A DNA stretch of 46,079 nt from Planctomicrobium sp. (lineage in GTDB: Bacteria; Planctomycetota; Planctomycetia; Planctomycetales; Planctomycetaceae): contig DATMFC010000109.1 in NCBI GenBank assembly GCA_035556335.1, positions 1 through 46,079 on the forward strand, written 5' to 3'. Under the pieces are notes generated by a model, which was not told the origin of the DNA, did not search any database, and saw nothing but the letters and a program-made list of their open reading frames with translations. A program made the translations under genes and the position numbers. Shown one piece after another: positions 31,042 through 39,711 of this stretch (position 1 is the first letter of the stretch; each line of letters begins with the position of its first letter).

Positions 31042-31953
31042 ATGGCAGCCGCCCGAATGATTACTGCGTTATGTACCCCGCTCACTGATAATGAACAGCT
31101 TCACCAGGAAGGTTTAGAACGTCATATTCAGGATCAGCTTCAGCATGGGATTGACGGCCTGCTGGTCGGCGGAACGATGGGAGCAATGCAGCTTCTGACG
31201 GATTCCACCTATCTTGATCTGGTTCGTGACAGCGTTCAATTCAATGCGGGTCAGGCGGAACTGCTGATTGGAGTCGGGGACACCAGTTTCGTTCGTACCC
31301 GGGAGCGAATCCGAATGGTTGAAGATCTCGAGATTGACGGGATCGTGATTATCTCCCCATTCTTCTTTAATTTCAGTCAGCAGGATCTGATTCATTATTT
31401 TCAGTCTCTGGCAGACCTGAGTTCCAAACCGGTTTTTCTTTATGACCTGCCCGGAACGACAGGGACGAAGCTGGAAGTCGAGACCGTTCTGACACTGCTG
31501 CGTCATCCAAATATCGCCGGTATTAAATGCTCCGACCATTTTACATCGACTCGACCGATTCTGGATGCGATCGGAGATCAGAAACGGGTAATTGTGGCAC
31601 AACCGACGTTGCTGGACGTGCTCTTACGGTCCGGAGTTGAAGAGCACCTGGACGGCGTGTTCGGTCTGGTTCCCCCCTGGATCGAGCAGATGAAGTCGGC
31701 AACCCAGACGAAGAACTGGCATGAGTTGAGTGATCTTCAACGTGATCTGTCGGAACTCCTGAAGTTCCTGCTGGAGTTTCCGGCTCCCGTTCTGTCGGCC
31801 GCCAACGAAGTGCTTCGATTACGCGGCATTCCGGGAAAGATCGCCCCTGCCCCGATGCCGCGCCTGACTCCGGAACAACAGGAGGAGTTCGCCGGCGCGG
31901 CGATCATTCAAAAGGCCATTCGACAACCGCCTGCGTTCGTGTCGAAGAATTAA
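31042..31953 (+). CDS. DapA/N-acetylneuraminate lyase family class I aldolase
   Basis: ITALCTP, GLLVGGTMG, VFLYDLP (Tyr), and HPNIAGIKCS (Schiff-base Lys). AAGGA RBS. Confidence 0.88.
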   Translation: MAAARMITALCTPLTDNEQLHQEGLERHIQDQLQHGIDGLLVGGTMGAMQLLTDSTYLDLVRDSVQFNAGQAELLIGVGDTSFVRTRERIRMVEDLEIDGIVIISPFFFNFSQQDLIHYFQSLADLSSKPVFLYDLPGTTGTKLEVETVLTLLRHPNIAGIKCSDHFTSTRPILDAIGDQKRVIVAQPTLLDVLLRSGVEEHLDGVFGLVPPWIEQMKSATQTKNWHELSDLQRDLSELLKFLLEFPAPVLSAANEVLRLRGIPGKIAPAPMPRLTPEQQEEFAGAAIIQKAIRQPPAFVSKN

Positions 31954-32030
31954 GAACCTCTAACAAAACTGACCCTGATCCGCTCGCGGAAAGGAAATAT
32001 TCATCGTTCGAGAGGTTTTGTTCGCGGCTC
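31954..32030. mobile_element. 77-bp MITE, copy 1
   Basis: Imperfect TIRs GAACCTCTAACAAAAC / GTTTTGTTCGCGGCTC, flanked by TAA on both sides (31951-53 and 32031-33). Inverted homologous copy at 37296-37375. Confidence 0.75.
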
Positions 32031-32093
32031 TAAGTACCGACTTTCCACTTTCCCACTGAAGAAGCCCCCTGAATTTCCCGAAAGGCTCCTCTC

Positions 32094-34085
32094 ATGTCTG
32101 GACTGCGTTCCATGCTTCTCGTCACTACATTTCTCGTTGCGACAGATGTTGCATTTGCTCAGACGCCCGCCGCTCCGCAAAAGGAGTCTGACCCCATTCA
32201 GAAGAGATGTCTCGAAATTCTGAAATCGGCAATCAACAGCCAGGAGTTCTGGCCCTCCATGCACGCGGCGGAAGCCCTGACATTGGCCGGTCACGATTCT
32301 CTTGTACGCGACGCACTCCGTCCTCGCCTGGAAACCGTCACCGACGCCCGGCAGCGCTGCGGGGTTGCCCGTGAACTCGTTCGGGCGGGGGAACGAGAGC
32401 ACGCACGAATTCTATTCGAAGTCTTAGCAAGTTCAGATCCCTATGGTCATGTTCATGCCTGTGAATCCCTGTTTAAAGTGCAGGAGACCGGCGACGGAGT
32501 GTTGCTGAGAGAGGCCATGCAAGACCAATCTTCCTCAGTGAAAGCGCTCATGGCGGCTGCGGCTCTTGCACAAGCAGGAAATGTAACTGCCATGAGCTTC
32601 ATTCGGCAGGAACTGGATCAGCCGACATCTCGTCATAGCTGGGTGGCTGCCTGGATTCTGGGGATGATCGGAGACCAGCAGGATCTTCCGGCCCTGCGAA
32701 GCGGATTGATTCATCAGAAGACACCTCAGGATCGGTCCCATTTTGAACATGCGTTAGCTCTATTGGGAGATGCAGATGGTCGGAAGTTCCTGTTGAGCAA
32801 TCTCAAACAGGACGATTCCGTCATTCGTGCTGATGCGGCTTACAGTGCCGGGAGTGTTACGGCAAGGAAGCAACTCATTGCATTGCTCGATGATGACCAT
32901 CTGGACGTGACCGTTCGTGCCGCTCAGGGACTGCTCACACTGGAACAATCCAAACCTTCGGCAACCCCCAGGTTAATGGCCGTAGTTACTGAGAATAAGC
33001 CATCCGCGACCGGTCTTCTCGTTCCGGAAACGACACTCACGCTGGCTCCCGCTCCCGGCAATTCCCGGAACAGTGAAGGGGATTTTATTCAGACTCGGGA
33101 TGGCCGTCTGCTGTTCATTTATTCCCACTTCGGACAAGGAACCGGCGGCGATCATGATGTCGCCGAACTGCGTGAACGTGTCTCGCTGGACGGTGGCAAA
33201 ACCTGGTTGAATGAAGAACGTACGGTGGTCAAGCCGAATTCGGGGCTCAATGTCATGTCGGTTTCCCTGTTGCGGCTGCAATCAGGGGAAATGGCGTTGT
33301 TCTACCTGGCAAAAGTTTCCCTTTCGGACTGTCGTCCACAGATGCGTCTTTCGACCGACGAAGGGCAGACCTGGGGAGAACCGATTCGATGTATTACAGA
33401 TGAAGTCGACTACTATGTGCTGAATAACAATCGTGCCATTCAGCTGAAGTCGGGAAGATTAGTCTTGCCGGTTTGTCGGCATCGTGCATTAGAAGCGAAT
33501 AAGCGGGACTGGCAGGGCGAGCTAATTTCCTATTTATCAGATGATAAAGGACAGACATGGCGTCGCAGTAAATCAACGCTGACTGCAAAAGACGATACCG
33601 GCAAGCGATTATTTGTTCAGGAGCCGGGAGTCATCGAACTGAACGACAGCCGGATCGTGATGTTCTCCCGGTCAGACTCCGGAAGTCAGATGCTGTCTTA
33701 TTCCTCGGATGGGGGAGACACCTGGAGTAATCCACAGCCCTCGAACATCATTTCACCGCTGTCTCCCGCAAGTATTGCCCGAATTCCGCAGACCGGAGAC
33801 CTGCTGCTTGTCTGGAATAATCATGAAGCGATCTCGCCCCAACTCAAAGGGAAGCGGACACCGTTCACCGTGGCCGTTTCGCAGGACGAAGGGAAGACCT
33901 GGCGGCATGTGAAGGATCTCGAGACCAATCCGCATGGATGGTATTGCTATACGGCCATTGAATTCGTCGGAGAGACCGTCCTTCTCGGACACTGTGCCGG
34001 GGACCGGAGAACCGACAATGGACTGAGCATCACCAAGGTAACACGATTCGGGCTCGATTGGCTTTATGACCGGCAGCCGCAGTAA
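32094..34085 (+). CDS. HEAT-repeat + BNR/Asp-box sialidase-like (GH33-like) fusion
   Basis: Signal peptide and helical HEAT-like N half. Five Asp boxes (SLDGGKTW, STDEGQTW, SDDKGQTW, SSDGGDTW, SQDEGKTW), plus QEPG, RTP and YCYT. Confidence 0.85.
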   Translation: MSGLRSMLLVTTFLVATDVAFAQTPAAPQKESDPIQKRCLEILKSAINSQEFWPSMHAAEALTLAGHDSLVRDALRPRLETVTDARQRCGVARELVRAGEREHARILFEVLASSDPYGHVHACESLFKVQETGDGVLLREAMQDQSSSVKALMAAAALAQAGNVTAMSFIRQELDQPTSRHSWVAAWILGMIGDQQDLPALRSGLIHQKTPQDRSHFEHALALLGDADGRKFLLSNLKQDDSVIRADAAYSAGSVTARKQLIALLDDDHLDVTVRAAQGLLTLEQSKPSATPRLMAVVTENKPSATGLLVPETTLTLAPAPGNSRNSEGDFIQTRDGRLLFIYSHFGQGTGGDHDVAELRERVSLDGGKTWLNEERTVVKPNSGLNVMSVSLLRLQSGEMALFYLAKVSLSDCRPQMRLSTDEGQTWGEPIRCITDEVDYYVLNNNRAIQLKSGRLVLPVCRHRALEANKRDWQGELISYLSDDKGQTWRRSKSTLTAKDDTGKRLFVQEPGVIELNDSRIVMFSRSDSGSQMLSYSSDGGDTWSNPQPSNIISPLSPASIARIPQTGDLLLVWNNHEAISPQLKGKRTPFTVAVSQDEGKTWRHVKDLETNPHGWYCYTAIEFVGETVLLGHCAGDRRTDNGLSITKVTRFGLDWLYDRQPQ

Positions 34086-34142
34086 ACAGGTCTGTCGATA
34101 TCCTGATTCCCATCTCGTCTTTCGTGTTGAATTGAGTTTATT

Positions 34143-35771
34143 ATGCCTGAGACCGGAATTCCAATCGAATCCGGACTGAAGTTTCTCGATTTTGTGGCCG
34201 TTGTTATTTATCTAATAGTCACGTTCGGGATCGCTCTGTGGTTCGGTCATCGGCAGCATAATACCGACGACTTCTTTGTCGGAGGACGGCACGTCCCCTG
34301 GTTCGCCGTTGGACTTAGCATTCTTGCAACGCTGTTTTCTACGTTAACCTATCTCGGAACTCCGGGAGAAGTGATTAAACATGGAATCGGATTTTATTGC
34401 GGATATCTGGCGCTTCCCTTGTCCATGCTGGTCATCACCCGGTTCTGGATTCCCTTTTATATGCGGTTGGGATTAACAAGTGCCTATGAATATCTGGAGC
34501 TGCGATTTAACTCCAGTTTAAGGCGAGTCGGAGCGATCCTGTTCATTTTCCTGAGATTAGGCTGGATGAGCATGGTCGTCTTCGTCGCCTCACTGGCACT
34601 TGATCAGGTGAAAGGTCCTGACCTGGAAATCCTGCCGGGTCCGGACCTGTACTGGTGGATGGCCGGTATCGGAATCATTGCCGCTATTTACACAGCAATC
34701 GGGGGGATTCAGGCTCAAATCTGGACCGATGTCCTGCAATGCCTGCTGCTTCTGGTCGGAGCAGTGATGGTCATCGGGGCAGTCGTCAATGCCAGTGGAA
34801 CGGGGCCGACGGACTGGATGGCAACCGTTGTCAAAGAGCAATCCAGCCATGTCTCTCCCCCCTTGTTCAGTTGGGACCTGACACTGCGGGTGACCATTAT
34901 TACGGCAATGATTAACCACTTCTTCTGGGCAATCTGCACGCATGGCTCGGACCAGGTTGTTTTGCAGCGATACTTTTCCACGTCTTCCCTGAAGTCTGCA
35001 CGACGAAGCTATTACATCAGCATTGCGACCGAACTGGTTATGGTCGGGCTGCTTTCGATCTGTGGGTTTGCATTGCTGACGTTTTATCTTCTGAACCCCC
35101 AGTTGCTTCCCGAGGGATGGACACTGGCCAATTCGGCGGACAAGCTGTTTCCCCATTTTCTGAGCAGCCAGTTGCCCGCCGGATGTGCGGGACTGGTGAT
35201 CTCCGCTTTCCTGTGTGACGCCATTCAGACACTGGAAGCGGGGGCGAATTCCATTACGGCAGTCATCACAACCGATCTGATCAAGCCGAACAAAACCAAA
35301 AAGCTCAGTCCCGGAAAGGCGCTGCTGTTCGTTCGTTTGCTGAGCATTCTGGTGACGTTCATCGTCTCTCTGAATGCGTTCTTTGTCGCTCGTCTAGCCC
35401 TGGCCGGGAACATGACCATCATTGATCTGATGCCGAAGTTCTTCAATCTCTTCGTCGGCCCTCTGGCGGCAATGTTTTTTATCGGGATGTTTCTGCCACG
35501 ATGCACTGCCCGTTCGGTCTCCGTCGCCGTCACCATCGGACTGCTGACGGCGGTTGCCTGGAATTGGAGCCGGGAGATATTTCAAACCACGACCCAGCCG
35601 ACAATCCTGCTGGCGATCGCTATCCCTTGCCTCACGACAATAGGCGTTGCAGCTTCGCTGAGTCTGTTTGTTGAGAATAAACAACTTCATCAGGGATCGC
35701 GCTGGACCTGGCACGCCATTGTTCGCGAACGGACGGAAGACACCCCACCTGCAACGAAAGAAACGATATGA
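34143..35771 (+). CDS. Sodium:solute symporter (SSS/SLC5)
   Basis: [35 protein letters not shown], and SDQVVLQRY. Confidence 0.95.
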   Translation: MPETGIPIESGLKFLDFVAVVIYLIVTFGIALWFGHRQHNTDDFFVGGRHVPWFAVGLSILATLFSTLTYLGTPGEVIKHGIGFYCGYLALPLSMLVITRFWIPFYMRLGLTSAYEYLELRFNSSLRRVGAILFIFLRLGWMSMVVFVASLALDQVKGPDLEILPGPDLYWWMAGIGIIAAIYTAIGGIQAQIWTDVLQCLLLLVGAVMVIGAVVNASGTGPTDWMATVVKEQSSHVSPPLFSWDLTLRVTIITAMINHFFWAICTHGSDQVVLQRYFSTSSLKSARRSYYISIATELVMVGLLSICGFALLTFYLLNPQLLPEGWTLANSADKLFPHFLSSQLPAGCAGLVISAFLCDAIQTLEAGANSITAVITTDLIKPNKTKKLSPGKALLFVRLLSILVTFIVSLNAFFVARLALAGNMTIIDLMPKFFNLFVGPLAAMFFIGMFLPRCTARSVSVAVTIGLLTAVAWNWSREIFQTTTQPTILLAIAIPCLTTIGVAASLSLFVENKQLHQGSRWTWHAIVRERTEDTPPATKETI

Positions 35772-35835
35772 TTTCAGGAGGCAATGAAATGCCTTTGTGT
35801 TTGAACTCATTCCCAATTCGCCGACAAGTTGCAAT

Positions 35836-35967
35836 TGCATGGGGGTGATGGTCGTGTCCCGGTTTGATCTTGTTCACTGCGGGTGTCCAACCAAATTCGG
35901 TGGTCTCCACCACCAGTGTTTCTTCCAGTAATCCGCGCCTTTCGAGATCGCGAACTAGTGCCTTGTC
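35836..35967 (-). pseudogene. Remnant of a DUF1501 gene
   Basis: [44 protein letters not shown] aligns with [27 protein letters not shown]...GRDHNH of 16733-18148. No flanking homology. Confidence 0.75.
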
Positions 35968-36065
35968 AGGCTTCAAACTGAGGGTTGTCTCACATGTTCC
36001 GCGGCTCGTTGGCCGCTCCCGTTTCGATTCTTCCACCCTCATTTTGAATGCTGACGCAACACTAG

Positions 36066-36386
36066 AGCGTGTGGACATTCCCCGAGAGAAGAGAGGGAGA
36101 AGAACTCACGCAAAGGCGCCAAGGCGCAAAGTTGTTTGTTTGAATGTCTTGTGTAAATTCATCGGGTTGTGATTCAGGGGGAGATTGAAGGAGAATGATC
36201 AGATTACGTTTCCAAGACGGGCTCTTGCTTTGATGATGATCACAATGGATTCATTGGATTGTGGGGCTTGAATGAATCACATCTCCACACAAACAAGAAC
36301 AGACGTCATCGAAAATCCTTTGCGCCTTAGCGCCTTTGCGTGAGATTCATTCCTTCATGTTTACTCCCGTCAATTGTCCACACGCC
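36066..36386. mobile_element. MITE-like element with IS5-like ends and CTAG flanks
   Basis: CTAG-AGCGTGTGGACA (36062-36077) and TGTCCACACGCC-CTAG (36375-36390) are inverted at 15/16. Confidence 0.7.
36105..36344. repeat. 27-bp inverted repeat pair
   Basis: CTCACGCAAAGGCGCCAAGGCGCAAAG (36105-36131) and CTTTGCGCCTTAGCGCCTTTGCGTGAG (36318-36344), matching at 26/27. Confidence 0.85.
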
Positions 36387-36391
36387 CTAGC

Positions 36392-36528
36392 CAACCCTGA
36401 AGGGGTTGCGCAAGGGAGTCTGATTGTACACCCCCTTCGGGGTCGACTCGAAATGGGGTCTCCATCAGCCCAGGGTTCGCTCATTTCGTGAGCGAACCCT
36501 GGGCTGTGTTGTGAAGCCCTTTCAGGGC
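36392..36528. repeat. Multi-hairpin REP-like element
   Basis: CAACCCTGAAGGGGTTG, ACCCCCTTCGGGGT, a perfect 18-bp stem CAGCCCAGGGTTCGCTCA-tttcg-TGAGCGAACCCTGGGCTG (36466-36506), and GCCCTTTCAGGGC. Confidence 0.75.
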
Positions 36529-36680
36529 AGATGGTTGCGAAGACCCGCTCTTCATTCCCATGGTGAAGGGTAACGAGAAAAATGTGGGTAAAAACATAAG
36601 GGTACACTGGCCGGCCCCCCAGCAATCAACACGAGAACTTCAATCAAACCCTATCTTCTGGTTCAAGTGCAACGACATCT

Positions 36681-37256
36681 CTATTTTTTCTGAAAGGGCA
36701 TGGAAATGACCAGACCGGCGAAGCGGTCTTCAAGGCTTTTTCGCATCGGGACATGGCATTTCAGGCACTCTGATCCGAGTCGAATCATGCCGACATAACG
36801 AAATGTCCCTTCCTCCACGGCCTCATATTCGGTCTGGCCGGCGGTAATGGCTTTGGCGGCGGCTCGTTCGAAATCATTCTCCGGAGTATGGTCGACACTC
36901 ATGGCGTTTGCATTCACGGCCAGCCATCGCAGGGAAACGTGATGCTTGCGTTCCAGCACCCGAAAGACATCTTCAAGAGATCGGGATGGAATAATCAGCG
37001 ACTTCTCGTCGTCGAAGAGATCGCGGTGCATGACCTGCAACGCCCCATCAATGGTCTCGTACAGCAATCGGGCTCTGGCCCGGGCTTCTTCCAATGACGA
37101 TGGAACATACTCACCCGACCGTGCGGAACCTGCATTCTTGTCACCTCCGTCGGCGACGGCTGTCTGTTCCGGAACAGTATTCGATCCAATACCAATCAAC
37201 AGAGCCAGTGAACAGAGACCAATTCCTGACAGGATCCCGAACGAGCGACGCATCAT
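36681..37256 (-). CDS. DUF3365-type c-heme protein
   Basis: Signal peptide, LRWLAVNA, FERAAAKAI, and heme motif CLKCH. GGAGG RBS. Confidence 0.8.
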   Translation of the reverse strand: MMRRSFGILSGIGLCSLALLIGIGSNTVPEQTAVADGGDKNAGSARSGEYVPSSLEEARARARLLYETIDGALQVMHRDLFDDEKSLIIPSRSLEDVFRVLERKHHVSLRWLAVNANAMSVDHTPENDFERAAAKAITAGQTEYEAVEEGTFRYVGMIRLGSECLKCHVPMRKSLEDRFAGLVISMPFQKK

Positions 37257-37295
37257 GGATTCCTCCTTCAAAAGTTTCGAGCGACAGAAGTTTTA

Positions 37296-37375
37296 GAGCC
37301 GCGAACAAAACCTCTCAAACGATGAGAATTCCCTTTCCGCGAGCGGATCGCCAAAGGTTTTGTCAGGGGGGGCTC
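37296..37375. mobile_element. MITE, copy 2 (inverted relative to 31954-32030)
   Basis: GAGCCGCGAACAAAACCTCTCAAACGATGAGAATTCCCTTTCCGCGAGCGGATC... matches the reverse complement of copy 1. Confidence 0.75.
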
Positions 37376-37471
37376 AGTCTATCATCTCGACTGGCAATAC
37401 TGTATTCGCAACTGTATTTGCTGAGGAAAAGACTGTCAGGGCTTTTTCCGATTTTCGATGGACCAGCGATT

Positions 37472-37552
37472 GGGAGGGCGAAGCTCCTGCTGAGCCGCAA
37501 ACCAAAGGGATGCGTGACCTTTCATGCGGCTCAGCAGGAGCTTCGCCCTCCC
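37472..37552. repeat. REP doublet, family GGGAGGGCGA, copy 2
   Basis: Perfect 28-bp arms GGGAGGGCGAAGCTCCTGCTGAGCCGCA with a 25-nt spacer. Confidence 0.92.
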
Positions 37553-37589
37553 GGAAATCGAGGATCATGCCCCACGTTCAAGAAAGCGA

Positions 37590-38543
37590 TCAGGGAGTGA
37601 TGGACTGATTCGCCGAATCCACGTTGTGATCGAGGACTCCACCGGGTTTGTGAGCGTCGCGGGCAAAGTTCTTCAACTGGACGATTGGTGGCCCCATCAG
37701 CAGGATGAAGATCGGCGGGGACAAACACAACACGACCGGAAAGAGCATCTTAATGGCTGTTTTAGACGCCTTTTCTTCGGCCCGTTGGCGGTACTGACGA
37801 CGGATTCCGTCGGCGAAATCCATCACGGCGTTGGCCACTTGTGTCCCGGTTCGTTCCGTCTGAGTGACCAGCGATGCCAGTGCATTCACATCCGGAGCAT
37901 TCATACGTCGAGCGAATTCTTTGAGTGCTTTCTGCATAGTGTCGGCCTCGGCGTGTCGTCTCACGACTTCGAGTTCGACGGCGATTTCCGGGTGAAAACA
38001 TTCCACTTCCCCGGCAACACGTTCCAATGCATGACGCAACGGCAAGCCCCCGGTCAGACACATCCGAATAATATCCAGAGCATCTGGAAGCCCTTTTTGG
38101 ATTCGTCCCAATCGTCTTGAAGACTGTCGATACAAAATTGATCGGGGACCGACATAGCCAATAAATGCCGCAACCGCAGTGGCAATCAGAATGACTTTTG
38201 GCAAAGCTGATGTGGGATCGGCGGCCACTGCTGCGCCTCCTCCGACGATCAGAATCATCACGACAATCAGATTCCTCGCAGCGAGATATTCAATCGCAGC
38301 ATACGGGCTGTAGTACCCTGCCCGTCGCAGATCCTGTTCAAGAGCATCCTGTTCTCCAGGAAACATCGGAATGGCTCCGGCGAGAGAACGTCGAAATGAC
38401 CCCGGCCGTTTTGTCTTCGAACGGGCATGGACATCGGCGATGTTTCGCACCCGGGACCGAGCCCGAATCATCGTCATTCCAGCCAGATAGACTGTCAGGA
38501 ACGTCACCGCGAAAGAAATAACAGTAATGGCATCAAATGACAT
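37590..38543 (-). CDS. tadC: Tad/Flp pilus assembly platform protein TadC (T2SSF domain)
   Basis: LRRAGY, GLPDALDII, QTERTGTQVA, and RAEEKASKTAIKMLFPVV. Confidence 0.88.
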   Translation of the reverse strand: MSFDAITVISFAVTFLTVYLAGMTMIRARSRVRNIADVHARSKTKRPGSFRRSLAGAIPMFPGEQDALEQDLRRAGYYSPYAAIEYLAARNLIVVMILIVGGGAAVAADPTSALPKVILIATAVAAFIGYVGPRSILYRQSSRRLGRIQKGLPDALDIIRMCLTGGLPLRHALERVAGEVECFHPEIAVELEVVRRHAEADTMQKALKEFARRMNAPDVNALASLVTQTERTGTQVANAVMDFADGIRRQYRQRAEEKASKTAIKMLFPVVLCLSPPIFILLMGPPIVQLKNFARDAHKPGGVLDHNVDSANQSITP

Positions 38544-38580
38544 GGCTTTAGTCCGGTTGATAAACGCAAATAACTGAACG

Positions 38581-39519
38581 TCAGTTGTCCTGTCGCAGTA
38601 ATGTGTAGACCCAGACCAGGCCGATCAGTTCCAGGACGATTCCGGTCATCAGTAACGTTCGCCCCAGGCTATCTTCAAACAGCAACGTAAAGTGTTCACG
38701 ATGCAGCATGTAAATCGCGATCGTGGCGAAGGGAGCAATCCCGGCGACAATCATGGTCGACATCCGGCCTCCCCCAGTGGAGGCTTTCATCTGACGGGCG
38801 GCGGTGAGACGGTCGCGAACAACCATGGCCATCCGATCCAGTGTTTCGGACAGATGCCCTCCTGCCTGTCGTTGAACGATTAACGTTGTGGTCAGGATCC
38901 GGATATCGACTAGACGCACACGACTGGCAAGTGAGGCTAACACCCGGTCGAAGGCACGTCCCATTTCCAGTTGTTGGGTGCATCGTTTGAATTCTTTTCC
39001 GAGGATTCCCCCCGCTTCTTCCCCGACCAGTGCGATGGCCTGTTCGGTGCTTTGGCCGGCTCGTGTTCCTCTGGCCAGCATTTCCAGAACGTGAGGAAGC
39101 TGTTCACGAATTGCTGCCAGACGCCGGGCTCGACGGATCGTAAAGATCAGCAGCATCAGCACCATTCCGGCCAGTGCTCCAGCGACACCAACCAGAGGAT
39201 CTCCGTTGACCAGATAAGCTCCCCCTCCTCCCAAAAGTGCGAAGATGATCAGCCACTGAAACGCGGCTGCCGGAGCCATCTCAAATCCGGATTCCAGAAT
39301 GAGCTGGTCGAATCCCTGATCAATCCGGCCAAACAGTCCGCGAGCCGGAGCCTGATCAAAGACAGTGGCGGTTCGTCTCAGGCTTCCACGAATTCGTTTG
39401 CCGCTTTCGGTAATGATTTCTTTGGGCGAAAAAATTTCACGGACAGCCGTCAATACTCCCAGAGTCAGGAGTGTTGTCGACCCGAAGGCAATCATTGTCA
39501 GGGTATCTGTTCCGACCAT
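38581..39519 (-). CDS. tadB: Tad/Flp pilus assembly protein TadB (T2SSF domain)
   Basis: EQLPHVLEMLARGTRAGQS, VQRQAGGHLSETLDR, and STGGGRMS. Confidence 0.88.
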   Translation of the reverse strand: MVGTDTLTMIAFGSTTLLTLGVLTAVREIFSPKEIITESGKRIRGSLRRTATVFDQAPARGLFGRIDQGFDQLILESGFEMAPAAAFQWLIIFALLGGGGAYLVNGDPLVGVAGALAGMVLMLLIFTIRRARRLAAIREQLPHVLEMLARGTRAGQSTEQAIALVGEEAGGILGKEFKRCTQQLEMGRAFDRVLASLASRVRLVDIRILTTTLIVQRQAGGHLSETLDRMAMVVRDRLTAARQMKASTGGGRMSTMIVAGIAPFATIAIYMLHREHFTLLFEDSLGRTLLMTGIVLELIGLVWVYTLLRQDN

Positions 39520-39588
39520 CGAATTCTCGGTTCTGTCAAAAAAGCAGGAACAAGCAGATTACGGATTTCGCATTATTGAAAATCGACA

Positions 39589-39668
39589 GGGAGGGCGAAG
39601 TCCCTGCTGAGCCGCATGAGTGTTCACGCTTTTCTTGGTTTGCGGCTCGGCGGGAGCCTTGCCCTCCC
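39589..39668. repeat. REP doublet, family GGGAGGGCGA, copy 3 (opposite orientation)
   Basis: Inverted 28-bp arms. The 24-nt spacer resembles the reverse complement of the spacers in copies 1 and 2. Confidence 0.88.
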
Positions 39669-39711
39669 GGAAATTGCCCATCTTGAAACAAGCAAAAGCC
39701 CTGCAAGCAGG

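Noticed and set aside
29954-31953. Calling these thrC and dapA
   Set aside because: The context is catabolic, the GTTGE motif is divergent, and there are no other amino-acid biosynthesis genes, so only family-level calls were made.
8896-39668. CRISPR array
   Set aside because: The repeats are dispersed inverted doublets, not regularly spaced direct repeats, and there are no cas genes.
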